In this document: piece after piece, positions 33,910 through 45,824 of the stretch
Layout of the letters: each line of letters opens with the position of its first letter
Position numbering within the stretch: position 1 is the first letter of the stretch
Assembly (NCBI GenBank): GCA_001949185.1
Contig: BDGG01000004.1
Location: forward strand, 1,823,620 to 1,887,619
Direction: 5' to 3'
DNA: 64,000 nt
Origin: Ramazzottius varieornatus
Taxonomy: Eukaryota; Animalia; Tardigrada
Translations under genes and position numbers: made by a program
Notes under the pieces: generated by a model
Database searches by the model: none
What the model saw: only the letters and a program-made list of their open reading frames with translations
What the model was told of the DNA's origin: nothing

Positions 33910-36900
33910 TCACAGGTAGGTAGACTCGGGCCGCTGGGTGCTGTCGACCGAGGTCGCGTTCGAGGAACTATCGTCTGACTTGGCGTAGGTGGTCTGACCA
34001 ATGGGTGGCCAATCCATAAGACTGTGGCTAATTTGCCGCTCGACCATCTTGAAGGCACTACGAGAGTGTTTCTTTCGACGGACCGTCTTCACGACCCGTT
34101 TGAACCATACTCGATCAAACATAAACTCCTGAAAGCAGAATTACAATTTACAATTCTTTTCATTGTTTGAAATGTTGCAACTCGCGAGCTAGAATACAGG
34201 TACCTCTAACGTAAAGGCAACCAGGAAGTTGCACGCCAATAGTGCAAGTACCAGCAGACGGAAAGACCATCGCGGATTCAACGGATCATACATAACCTAA
34301 ACAAGATATGGATAAAACCACAACCAACATCATTCATTCAGTTCATCGGGTATTCGGTTGTGTGTACCTGTAGGGACTCGCTCAGCCATAAAGGAGGATA
34401 CAAAAATACCCAGACGGTGAGAGCACTAAGTCCCACCAAGGCACCCAGAAACATCACTGCATTAAAGAAGCAAGGATGAAGAGCAGAACAAAAGACGGCG
34501 CCAGAAAGCCAAGAAAACTGCTACCGTACCATTCGTATAGACAGGCCTCCGGTAAGGAGCCCCTTTCGAAAACACGAAAGCCAAAATCTGTAAACAAAGA
34601 CAGTGTAGTCGCGTCTTCTTCGCCTAGAACATATTTGACAAATAACGACAGCAAGCTACTTTTCGTACCAGATCTTGGAAAGCAGCTGCTATGAACAGCA
34701 CAGTCGACTCCCAGGAGGTGACCCGTTCGTGGTCTTCCGGTCCTTCGTACTTTCTAATAGGAACATACCTAGGAACCGAAGCTTTAGGTTGGCGTCTCAG
34801 GGATGCTAACCCGAAAAACGACGCACCATGACTGGCGGTGGAGACATAAGATTATCATGGTCTGGAACGCTATGACGACGATCATGTGAGCTGCCGTCGA
34901 GATCAGTACTATGGGCGCCATCAGGGAACCGTGTGGCCGTGTTGGAACCAAAGTCATGTTCGCTCGCGTGCATCCCATCAAAAGTGCAACAATACTTGTG
35001 ATCAGCATGTCCACGTACAGGAAGTGCATATCGAGCAACAGCGTCCATTGCTACAACAGAGCTGAAAATTGAAGCAAGAAATCGAATCACGTTCTGAGAG
35101 CGTTTCTCACCTGATACAGAATGAGCAATGCTATGAACTGCACAATGCTGTACAGGAGCATGTATTTGAAGACAGAGAACGATGTAGTCAGGGCGCATCT
35201 TCCCTCACTGTAATACAATCGAATTTTACGTTTACTCTTCGAAATTCGAACATGACCAGAATTAATTACAGACCTGATGACGGCGAGAACGCACTCGATA
35301 GTGTTTTTATTTGATGTGAACGGCGACGCGACGGAAGCTTCAGCCTCGGACAGCGAGATCCCGGCATGAGCTGCCTTCAGCGCCTGCAGATTGTACAAGG
35401 TCACGAATACGGAAGTTCAGAAAATCAGTACGTTCTACTCCATTCAAAACTTACTCCACAGTCATTAGCCTGGAAGAAGGAACATGAGTGTTAGTTACTG
35501 CCTGCTGTGATTCGGTCGTACTGGCGAAGGATAGTCTTACCCCGTCTCCGACCATCCCCACGATGTACTGCAAATCGATGTACCGTTCCACTAATTCCGT
35601 CTTCTGTTCCGGCGAAAAGCGCGCAAAGATAGTGCCGCGGACCAAGATCTTGGAAATCAACTCTGGGAAGAACTCTACGAGCGAAGAGAAGGACCGACCA
35701 GTCAGGGCGAAATGGAAGCGTGGCCGGCTCATCTCGATCAAGAACTCATTCGCCGAAGCAGCCTATAGACAGAAACTTTTCACCTATCCGAATGTTGGAC
35801 CATTCAGAAAAGAAAAGCTTACGCGAGAGGGAGCGCCTTCGGAAAGACTATTCTCAGCTAGACTGTCCCCAGCTAGACTGAGCTGGGAGGTGGACAGAGA
35901 AGAGTTCGAAGCCCGCCAAAGGATATGCGCAGCTGAATGCATGCGGTCGTCGGGTGACATGACATCCACGATCACGATGTTTTCTTCCTTCTTGACCATT
36001 CCGCAGTCACGGCCCACGCTGATGGCCGTCAAGAGATTGTCGCCTGAAAACAGAATTATCACTGGAGTCAGTATCAAAGTTAGACTGAAAATGCGATGCG
36101 GTAAAAGACTTCAGCATGATCATTTTCCCACGATGCAGTACCAGCTTGGGCCTAATCGAAAAGCTATCTTTGCATGATTCGGGCCACTAACAAGGTAAAC
36201 ATGCGCAGCTTGAACTGAGAATCATGCTGCTCGACTCGTTAGCCGACGTCTCTAATATCGAAAATTCTTCGGATTGCGAAAATTTGTGACGAAGGTTATC
36301 GTATTTTACCTGTGACCATGACTGTGCGAATGTCCGCTCTGTTCAGGTCAGCGATGACACCGTGAGTTGAGGGTTTCAGGCTGTTTCTCATCACCATCAG
36401 TCCCACGAAAGTCAAGTCCCGCTCCACTTCGTCCCGTTTAAAGCGTGACATCTGGAGGAATGACACTTTCGGTTCCAGTGTGCGTTTCGCCAGTGCGATA
36501 ACGCGATAACCTTGATGGGCGTAAAGATGCAGCGTCCTGTGAAAGTTGTTGGGAATAGTGTCCGGCCTTGACAACGAAAACACTCTCTCAGGGGACCCTA
36601 AAAATAATAGTTGCCAAAAACTGATCGAAGACTCACTACTTGGTTTAACATAGAGCGATTAATACTTGTAATTTAACCTACAGAAACTTATTAAATCTTA
36701 TATTATCACGATAAAGAAAGCCAAATACATTTTCCATGAGTTTCAAGAGGATATGCTGAATGTAAAAAATGCTAGAAACTGCAAAGCACTGTTTTCCTTT
36801 GCGAAGTTCATATACCTTTGGTAAACACGCTAAAGCAATCCTGACTGAGTTCACGCGTGATAACAGACATCCTTTGTAACCTACGGTAATGAAAGACGAC

Positions 36901-39900
36901 AAAAGATAAGCAAAACACGTCTCAAGAACCCTGACTGAAAAGGGTTCATAGGCTGGCATTCACAACGCGTCACATACCCAGAGGAGAACGGAAACTGCTT
37001 TACGATGCCAATCTGGCCCAGCATGGGGTCAGTTATCTCCTCCGAGGTCTCGTTTGCTCCTTCTTCGGCGGTACGGCGAGGGTTCACGGTCGTGGGAATG
37101 AGTGAGTTAAACACTGCATTTCCTTCTTGTCCTGTCTGATGCGGTTCGTTGATTTCCCAGTCCGTGGACTCGAACAGCTTCAAGTCCAGCGGATCTCCAG
37201 TCAGCTTTCCGTTCACCAGCGTCAGTGAATGACAAGTCGCCATTCCAACCACCAAAGGATGCGAAGGCGGAAGTTGCTTCACATCCTCCACTATTTTGGC
37301 CAGATGGCCGTTTTCTGCCGGAATGACTCCCATCAGGTCTAAACCCTCCTCAGTCAGCGTCCCAGTCTGGAAAACAAAACCCAAGTGCTAAACGTTCTTC
37401 GCGCCTGCAGTGCAAACCGAGTCTAGAGTCCCAGTTAGTTTTGCGATTATCCCTCGAACAATCTAACAAGGCCGTGATCGGCACCGAACTGACCGGCGTT
37501 TTGTCAGAAACTGCCAGAATCAATTCAGTACCCTAAATAAATCGCGCATAACCTACGACTGCTACCAGCTGAGTGTTTTACATGTTCAAATTTCTTAACC
37601 GTCTTAAATTTGCCTTACTTTGTCGAAGCAGACCAGCTTGATCTTGCCACACGCGTTGATTCGAGATGGCTGAATGCAGAAGATCTTTTGTTGCTTCAAG
37701 CGACGCTGCGAGTAGACTATACCAACAGTCAGTGCTGCTGGCAAGGCAGGTGGTACAACAATGGTGACCAAGTCGAGCGCTCTCAGGATGATTTTCCATA
37801 TATCTTCCTGCGAAAACACAAAAGTGCAACAATGGTCACCAAAAAAACACGAGAACCACAAGGGCTGGAGGGTTGTTTACTTAGTACTTACACCGTGGTC
37901 ATTGTAGATGTAGATGGAATAGCACATACCGCAACACGAGATGAAAGCCTGTAAAGACATCAACTGCTGCAGTCGTTAAACCAACTTGCGAAACTCAGCA
38001 AAGCCTACCATGCAGCCGATGAGGCGGAGCGCATCACGGTGAAACTTAAAATCGATGGGCTTCGGATACAAGATCGACTTGAACAAGTCACCTTTCACCG
38101 TATAGAAACCTACACGGAGAAAGAATCAGACTGAAGCTGTTACCCAGAACTTGAAGTATGAAATCTAGATACGAAAGAAGAGGCACATACCAGTTTCCAG
38201 TACGACAGCTCTAACATGAGCTCCTTCGTAGTACCGAGTCTGGATAACTGTGGTTCCATGGAAGAGGATGTGTCGCTTGTGTTCTTCAACGGAGAACTTC
38301 TCCGTATCTCCTACATTTAAAGAAATCTTGGTCACCGGTGCACTCTCTCCGGTCAGAACGGCTTCGTTGACAATGGCATTTCCTTCGATCAGAACAGCAT
38401 CGCAAGGCATCAGACAACCATGCACCGGTATGCAGATAATGTCACCAGGAACCAACGTTTCCGGAAGGCATTCGGCAAAGTCTACGAAAGACATAGTAAC
38501 TCTCCGTTAACATCGACGCCACAGAACGGTAAAGTCCTAGCGTGAAGCCAATGTACCTCCATTGTCTTTCATCAGGAGAACTTTGCTGTTGGTGGAAGAC
38601 TTGCGCACCATGTCCCGCAGGCGAAGCCGTTGCTTTAAACGAAACCACCTTATCAGCCACCGCCACAAGTGGATAACAGACAGGAAGGAGAAAAGCGGAA
38701 CGGTATGTCCTACCTTGCGTGTTTCGTAGAGACTTAGCGAAATTCCGAACAGCGAGATCAGTAAGACACATGTGGCGTAGATGTAGTAATTATCCAAGCT
38801 CCAAAGAACGATGCAAAATCTGGACGAAAAAGATTAACATATTATGTCAATCGGTTCAATTCGGCGTATCAGCGAATTTTGTATATACGTTTGAAAACAG
38901 TAGAATGGGTTGAGGACTTCTTCGAACAGCAGCTTGGGGACCGACGGCGTGGCAATTTCTATCACGTTTCGACCGAATAATCGAAGTCTGGAAAACGATG
39001 TCATGTAACGTAAACCAACATAATGACAAATTACATGCCCAACGAAAAAAAGAGCAAAGACTTGCTTTTGCTGGCGATGCTCGTCCGAAACTCCCAGGTG
39101 CTTTGCTGACAGTTCGGAACAGGAGACACCAGGGACCATGCCGGTAAGCAGTTTGAACGTTTCCTCTGCCTGGACCCATACATAGCGGCTGTAGCGAAAA
39201 TCAAAGCAGCGAAAGATGCACGTGTTCTCTTTGACGTGAAGCCCGTTTACTCCGTTGGGGTACTTTAGCTTCCTGCAAGACAGACATAGACCCGCTTCGA
39301 TGTCACGAAGTTTCCGCAAAGCAAATCTGGGATTGACTTCCGGTGCATGACCGTGCATCGATTCTTAAGCGCTTACTCAAACACTCTCTTATCTTCAACA
39401 GAGCTCTGCAGAAAACTGTAGTCCTTCAACTCGGGACATCTGTACAGAAAACCGTTAGACATAAATAGCACATACAAACCAGTGCAGCTGGCAGCTGCTG
39501 TGATATCTCAAGCATATGCTTACAAGTTATGGCTCTTTTCTGTGGCAACTTGACGCTGGATTTTGCACAAGTGGAAGTGTTTGTGATGGTCCTGAAAATT
39601 AAAACGACGTGAAACGCGAAGTATGCAAAAACACAAAGTTTGAATTAAGAATACCTGGAGAAGAATGGTATCCGCATCCGCCACGCTGCATCTGCGGAAC
39701 TTCACCGTCGCCAACCATACCGGGAACCAGGACAGCAATACGTAAACAACACCGAAGGTACAAATCCCAAGGAAATGATACAAAATGGTATGTGAGATGC
39801 AACTTTGGTAACCCCAACACTCCTGCAAACCACAACACCCGATTGCAGAGACTGAACGACAGTGTCAGAGCTCTGTACTTACGTGTTGTTCAGTTGGTCC

Positions 39901-40066
39901 ATTGTCGACGCGAATACTGTTATAATGTCTGTTAGTTGGTCGGAAGATTCGAACTTCTGGCTCGGCACCTAGCAAAACCAGGATCACTATTGCGAAGAGA
40001 ATGAGATCATCGGCGATAATGAGTAATCCTACCTGGCCGATCGGGTGGAACAACCGTTTTCGACAT
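33910..40066 (-). CDS. ATP13A3: P5B-type ATPase (ATP13A2/3/4/5 co-orthologue, polyamine-transport family), multi-exon
   Basis: Motifs [29 protein letters not shown] (P5B signature), CFDK|[12 protein letters not shown]|[18 protein letters not shown] and GDG|ANDCG. The start codon is inferred from splice phases. Confidence 0.93.
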
Positions 40067-40492
40067 CCGCCAACCTTCTGTAACAACAACATTGTAGCAT
40101 ATCTAACGGGAGTCCATGATCTACTAAACCAATGTCTGACGTACGTTTGTGGACGCGCTAGGGTACGTCAAGCATAGGGGAATTGTAGTATTCCCCTAGA
40201 TCCGTCCTCGGCCTTCCTGGATCTTGGTATGAACCCGAGGGCATAACAGGTGCTGTCAAAGGATGACCACGAATCCGCGATAAGCAGCAAAGACGAACCA
40301 GCATACAGCTGGCTACTGTATCATTTGTGAAGCTCTATTATCTCCAGAAAGATAAAGGAGTACTACATTGGATGACAGACATCTTTATTGCAACAAGTTC
40401 ACAAAGATAACCTGCGCAGGAGCACGAACTGGTCGTCCCTGGTTCTGCTTCGCAAAGCAAACGGAAATCGTTCTAACCACTCGTACTGTGTA

Positions 40493-40621
40493 CTCAGTGT
40501 TCGGCAGGTAGATATTCCGTGCAACTCAGCATGGCTCGCCATATCATGGTAAAGACCCGAAATGGTTCGGATTGATGAGATTCAATCGGGGTACCGGAAT
40601 GTTCACCTGCCGAATACTGTG
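40493..40621. mobile_element. 129-bp putative mini-MITE / inverted-repeat element
   Basis: ~27-bp imperfect IR CTCAGTGTTCGGCAGGTAGATATTCCG / CGGAATGTTCACCTGCCGAATACTGTG, with TA on both sides. Confidence 0.55.
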
Positions 40622-40855
40622 TACGGTATACTGCATGACGCAACATCGCTACAGCCTTTGCCCGCCTCCAGCAAGGGCAAATTCGTTGTACCGACGGAGT
40701 GGTTCGTATCGGCCTGCCAAATTTTAGCCCTTCGGAGTGCTCTGTCAAGCCATTCCATGTTTCCTACCGGTACATCCATACCCGACCGCAGTTGACCGGC
40801 CGTGGACCGAGCGCTTGCCCAATGCCCTGAACCAAAATTTTGACCTTGAGATTGT

Positions 40856-41126
40856 ACAGACATTAAGTTGCCACCGCCAGATCAAAGTCCCACTGCAGCT
40901 AAGATGAGTTGCAACGTCACTCATAAGCGCAACAGCTGATCAGAACTTTGAATAGTTGGGCAGCCACCGTGCTTCCCAATGCTAGCCAACCAGAACTCCG
41001 ATTACGCTATTTTTCGAAAATAAGGGAAGCTTCGGAAAGCAAAATGTAGTTACACGTCACGAAAGGGGCGGAGCAAGGCCGTAGCTACAGCTGTAAAGTG
41101 AACGGGAGTGGCAACTCAATCTCTAT
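40856..41126 (+). mobile_element. 271-bp MITE, an internal-deletion derivative of the 42393-45566 element family
   Basis: The left end ACAGACATTAAGTTGCCAC matches the element end at 42393. The last ~130 bp closely match 45437-45566. Flanks are TGT/AGT. Confidence 0.85.
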
Positions 41127-41138
41127 AGTCAATCTGTT

Positions 41139-42392
41139 AGAAGGAAGGAAGGAAGGAAGGAAGGACATTTATTAGTCACGACAATCTGATCAACGGCCTC
41201 CTCGATGTTCAGAGGAATTACCAATACTGTATCAGGTATAAAAACGAATCAGTTGAGCACCAAAGAGAAGTATCGTTGGAAGACACACCAAGATAGCAGG
41301 AAAATTCTCCTCCCGAAGAGCAGGTAGTCACATTCGAGCAAAACCGTACAATCAACTGAGACCCTATGGTTAGTATGGTATACAGGGACTGTTAAACATG
41401 AGAGCAGGTCCTCCTTCGAACTTCCAGGGAGCGATGCTCATATTGGACGACCAGTTCTCCGCTTTCAGGAGAACGTCCGCATTGCTGGTGTAGATTCCGA
41501 TGCGTCCGACAGTTGAAGACTTGGTATCGTCAGGACCGATGGGGACGATGGGGACGATGCGGACGAAACGAGGGTTCACCCCGATCCCTTGCAGGTATGC
41601 GGAGAGCTGTTCAACGGTAATGTGCTTCGGAACACCCCTGACGGCGAAGTCGCGACTCGGAAGGCCTCGCGCTTGTAGTGGATTTCCTGTTATGGTATTC
41701 TCGTCAGTCTGCCGAGTGCCTTTCAGAATAAAAGGTCTTACCTTCCGCGGGACTCCATTTTTCTTCGGTAGTTGAGGTTTTCGTGCTGCAATGGAAGTGA
41801 ACTTAGGGGTGGTGACAGGCTGCTCCGTTGGAATGGGGACACTAGGCTTGGTGGATTGGGTATCATTTGGCGGGGCGAGCAGCCGCTGGGAGGTGTTCTT
41901 CAATGTGAACAATCTCTTCAGGATGGCTTTATGGCTATCCCGTAGAATCTTGATTTCGCCTTCCAGCTTCTGATCTCGACCCGTAAAGGCCCCACATGAT
42001 TTCTCATACCTTCTTCCAAGCAGACCTGGAAATTGGTCAGCGTGTCGATTAGGATTCGCCTAAAGAATATATCAATGGCTACCGTTACCTCTATTGGCAT
42101 CTCCACTCCCGTGAAGACAGGATACTTCGCTTCCACAGCTTCTCGCACCTTTCTCGTCTTCGCTTCTTCCATCTTTGACAGAAGCAGCAGGATGTTGTCG
42201 CGGAGATCGTAGGTTGGTAGGTGCACGTTAATAACAGGATCTTCGTCCGAACTTGTTACGAACTGGGCAACCCCACGACTTCCGCACCCATTCGTCTTCA
42301 TATTGGCCACAGCAATCCTATACCTTTCCAAGAGCGTGTCTTTGCTCCCGGAGACAGGAAGATTCATGGCCTCAGTTGCTGTTTGAGGGATT
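41139..42392 (-). pseudogene. LINE (CR1/L2-like) relic: frameshifted ORF1-like CDS with a 3' AATAAA + (CCTT)n tail and no intact ORF2
   Basis: ORFs 42367-41918 and 41912-41370 join across one frameshift near 41970. This restores a coiled-coil (EIRKLEGEIKILRDSHKAILKRL) followed by an RRM-like region (FAVRGVPKHITVEQLSAYL..LLKAENWSSNMSIAPW). The minus-strand tail reads AATAAATGT(CCTT)n at 41172-41139. Confidence 0.55.
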
Positions 42393-42583
42393 ACAGACAT
42401 CAAGTTACCACTTGCAGTTCACTTTCCCACTGTAGCTAACAAGCGCAACCGTAATCGTACGTGAAGATTTCGCTGTGGGTTAAGTTAACACGCACACTAA
42501 TTCTCCTGTAGTAAGACTAAACAATAAATTTGAGTTCGTTTTCAGTCTATCTTTTCTCGTTCCTCTGCAAATGCTCTTGAATC

Positions 42584-43992
42584 ATGGGGAGGAAGACAAC
42601 CAGCTTGCTTCTCATGTCTGGAGTCTTATCTTACGAAAATACTGTATACTCTCCCGAGATTCACGTACGTCACTCCATTCAGAGTGTAAAACTAGACGGT
42701 GAGACGCCAATGATTCGAGAGTCAGTGACGTACGTGAATTTTGGGAGAGCGTACAGTACTGTAATGATGCTCTCTGCCGAAGGTCGAAAGACCGTTGAGA
42801 ATTCCGTTTAACCTCGATGTTATAGATGATTCGGACATTTGGAAATGGTTTCGCTTCACAAGAGAAAACATTTCTCGCTTGAAAGAAGCCTTCGGCATAC
42901 CTGATGTTATCAGTTTGGAGAACAAGTCAAGGTTTGATGGCGCAGAGATCCTGTGTATTCTTCTCGGGCGACTTGCCTATCCAAGCCGCTACACCACTCT
43001 CAGGCTTATTTATCGCCGGAGCAAACAGGAATTGTTCATGGCTTTCAGTTGGGTGGTAGGTTATGTGGATTCTAACTTCGGGCATCTGCTCACAACCATG
43101 GATTTATGCTGGCTCAAAGCAGCGGACATCTCTTTGTTCTGCAAAGCAGTCCGTCGGAAAGGCACACCACTCCGCGATGTATGGGGTTTTATCGACGGCA
43201 CTTTCCGTCCTTGCTACCGGCAGAAGGTTGATCAGAAAACTATCTACAGCGGCCACTACCGCCTCCATGGCTTAAAGTTCCAGCCCGTGATGGCACCCAA
43301 TGGATTAGTTGTGAATCTGGACGGACCGTGGCCTGGCAGACGCCAAGATTCAGGTAAGAGATGGACGAGTATTTCGCACTGTTAATCCAGTAAAACTAAA
43401 TCCTTAAGTGGCGCATTTTTTCGATATTAACGCCAGAAAGCCTGCGCCACTTGGGAAAACGATCTTTTAGACTTTGTTTAATCGAATGACGCACGTTATC
43501 AGTGTTACTGGCTTGAAGTGTGCGCCACTTGAAGAAAAACGCTGAGGAGCTTGTCTGTTGAGCTAAACGTTAAAGATTTTAGGTATGCTGGCTGAAAGCG
43601 GATTGCTAGTTCTACTTAAGAACAAGATGGCTGAAACGGGGAACATCTGCCGGCTGTATGGATATCCTGTATATCCAATATCCGAATACCTTGAAGCTCC
43701 ATTTCGTGCAGGTGCGGCAGAGCTGACGCAAGAAGAAAAAGAGTTTAACGAAGCTATGTCAGGAGTACGGATGAATGTGGAATGGGGTTCCGGTGAAGTG
43801 GTCCAGCAGTTCGCTTTTCTAGATTACTCAAAAAATTTGGAAGTCCTCTGGCAGCCGGTCGGAACACTGTATACTGTTGGTACGCATTCGACTAACTGTA
43901 TAGTCTGTCTGGGTCATGCCGGTAAGGTGTCTGATTTCTTTGGCATAGCACCTCTATCTTTGGAGCAGTACGTGAAAAACGATTGGTTTTGA
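42584..43992 (+). pseudogene. HARBI1-like DDE transposase, 2 exons, disrupted
   Basis: Motifs FRFTRENISRL, LGRLAYP, WGFIDGT, YSGHYRLHGLKFQ, GPWPGRRQDS|GML (intron 43354-43582) and EFNEAMSGVRMNVEWG. The second catalytic Asp position reads YGYP instead of YGDP, and there is a frameshift near 42790. Confidence 0.88.
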
Positions 43993-44171
43993 TTAAACGA
44001 TTGGACCGCAGAACAGATTCACCTCAAATTTATTCCGCTGCAACTCAACACACTCACCAAGTCTCGTAAAAGTGCTGTTCAGACCTGAGGGGATAAGGCC
44101 GGGATTGACTCAAAATTCGGCTAAGCAAAAAAAGTTAGAACTCGACGGTGCAGCTCATCTTGGCACCCTTT

Positions 44172-45260
44172 TCAGTCTTCGTTCAGACCTTTCAGCGCCT
44201 CCATCATCACAGTAGTCATCAACTCATCTCGCTTACACTCAGCCTTACTCTTCGACCGGTCGGCTTCCATTCGTTTCAGCTCGAGTCCATATTTCATCTT
44301 GCTTTCTTCGGCCAGGCGCGACTCTGGGGCACGCTCGACTACCAGCTTTTCCTGCTTGAGCTGCAGCTCTTTCATCTTCAAATCTGAGGAACCGTCCAGA
44401 ATCATACGGTTATAGCTGGTTCATATGGTTATAGCTGGTTCGCTCGCGCTTTGGTGTGTTGATCACTTCATCATCCGAGTTTCCGCCTGGAAAAACAATA
44501 TTTTTTCAAGTGCGCAACTTGACCTGGGCAGACTGTGCGCCAGTAGACATGGGTAAAGCTTACGCCGTCTCGTCTAGGTAAGCCGAGCACCGCTTGACCA
44601 GGGTAGGTCAGTAAGCACGTCCCGCTTTGTTCAACATGTCTTACCCATCTCGGTGATGGCAGCTAGGTTTTACATAAAGCTTGAAAGTACTTACGGTCTG
44701 GAGGATCAGGAGTCAGCTCACGACCTCCAGTGCAACGACGTTTCCGCTTGCTGAAGGTGGCAGCGTCCATCATCTTCTTGTCTTTGCGCGACTGCTTCTC
44801 ATCTTCCAACGCCTTCTTGACAAACTGTTTCTTTCGACCCTTCACTTCATGCTCTTTGAGATAGTCGACGAGCTCAACTAGCAGCTGCTCTTTTTCGTTG
44901 AACGTTCCTGGATCTCCCGATTTCCACTCGTCAAGGCGGTTCGATCCCTTGAACGCATTGATCATTTCCGTCGACTTGTCCCTCGCAGAACGGGCAGTCT
45001 TTAGCTTCATCCCTGCTGACTTTAGTTGCTTGAAGATGTCGCTCCCCATCTCTGCATCAGTACCCTCGAAAACTTTTACGGTTGTGCGATACTGTCGAAG
45101 GAGGCGAACTTGGCTGTCTTCGTCCCCATGTCGACTTGGGTGCAGCGCTTGTCGACTTGGGTGCAGCGCTTTCTCCTCCGCTTGTCATCGATCCTGGCGA
45201 TCCCACTCCTAGCACAGCTTCCATGGACTGCACCGTTAGCTCTTGCGCGTTTTCCATGTT
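44172..45260 (-). pseudogene. Myb/SANT-like DNA-binding partner protein of the Harbinger-group element, disrupted
   Basis: Reads QVRLLRQY..IFKQLKSAGMKLKTARSARDKSTEMINAFK..WKSG..NEKEQLLVEL with a coiled-coil C-terminus. Tandem duplications occur at ~45130-45171 (21 bp) and ~44408-44441 (19 bp, frame-breaking). Confidence 0.7.
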
Positions 45261-45824
45261 TGCTGTCCTTTCCCAAAATGAAACCTTCCGAGTTGTATGA
45301 GGAGAATACCACAAGAGAACAGAGGTATCGATGATAACAAATGATTTTTTTGGCGAAATCTCAAGTTGAGTTTTGACGTTACAAACTTGAATAGTTGCAC
45401 AGCCACGATACCGCTCCATGCTAAGCTAGCTGCAATTCCGATTACGCTATTTTTCGAAAATAAGGGGAGCTCCGGGAAGTAAAATGTAGTTACACGTCAC
45501 GAAAGAGGCGGAGCAAGGCCGTAGCTACAGTTGCAAAGTGAACGGGAGTGGCAACTTAATCTCTATATTCTTTCGATAGAATAGAGGGATCCGCCATGTA
45601 GTAGATACAGGTTGATTGTTGATTGCTCAAAAGAGCATGGAGTTAAATGGATGTTGAAATCATTCCGAAAAGGAAAAAAGACTAGAAAAGTACGTCACGT
45701 TTGTGACGTACTTTTCTAACAGTAATAATTCTAACAACTTCCGGTTGCTTTTCTGTGTTCGATTGTGCCTCATCAATCGTCTGGCTCTTCTCTGGACTTC
45801 GAGCTCAAGTGTTATGTTTGCAGG

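Larger units (their letters stand above)
42393..45566 (+). mobile_element. Full-length 3174-bp PIF/Harbinger-group (PHIS) DNA transposon, inactivated
   Basis: ~46-bp imperfect TIRs (ACAGACATCAAGTTACCAC..CTGTAGCTA / rc ATAGAGATTAAGTTGCCAC..CTGTAGCTA). ATT is duplicated at 42390-92 and 45567-69. It carries two convergent genes. Confidence 0.9.

Noticed and set aside
40998-45566. 130-bp direct repeats resembling LTRs around 4.4 kb
   Set aside because: They are the right ends of two same-orientation DNA transposons, each with its own left TIR and TSD. There are no TG..CA termini and no gag/pol.
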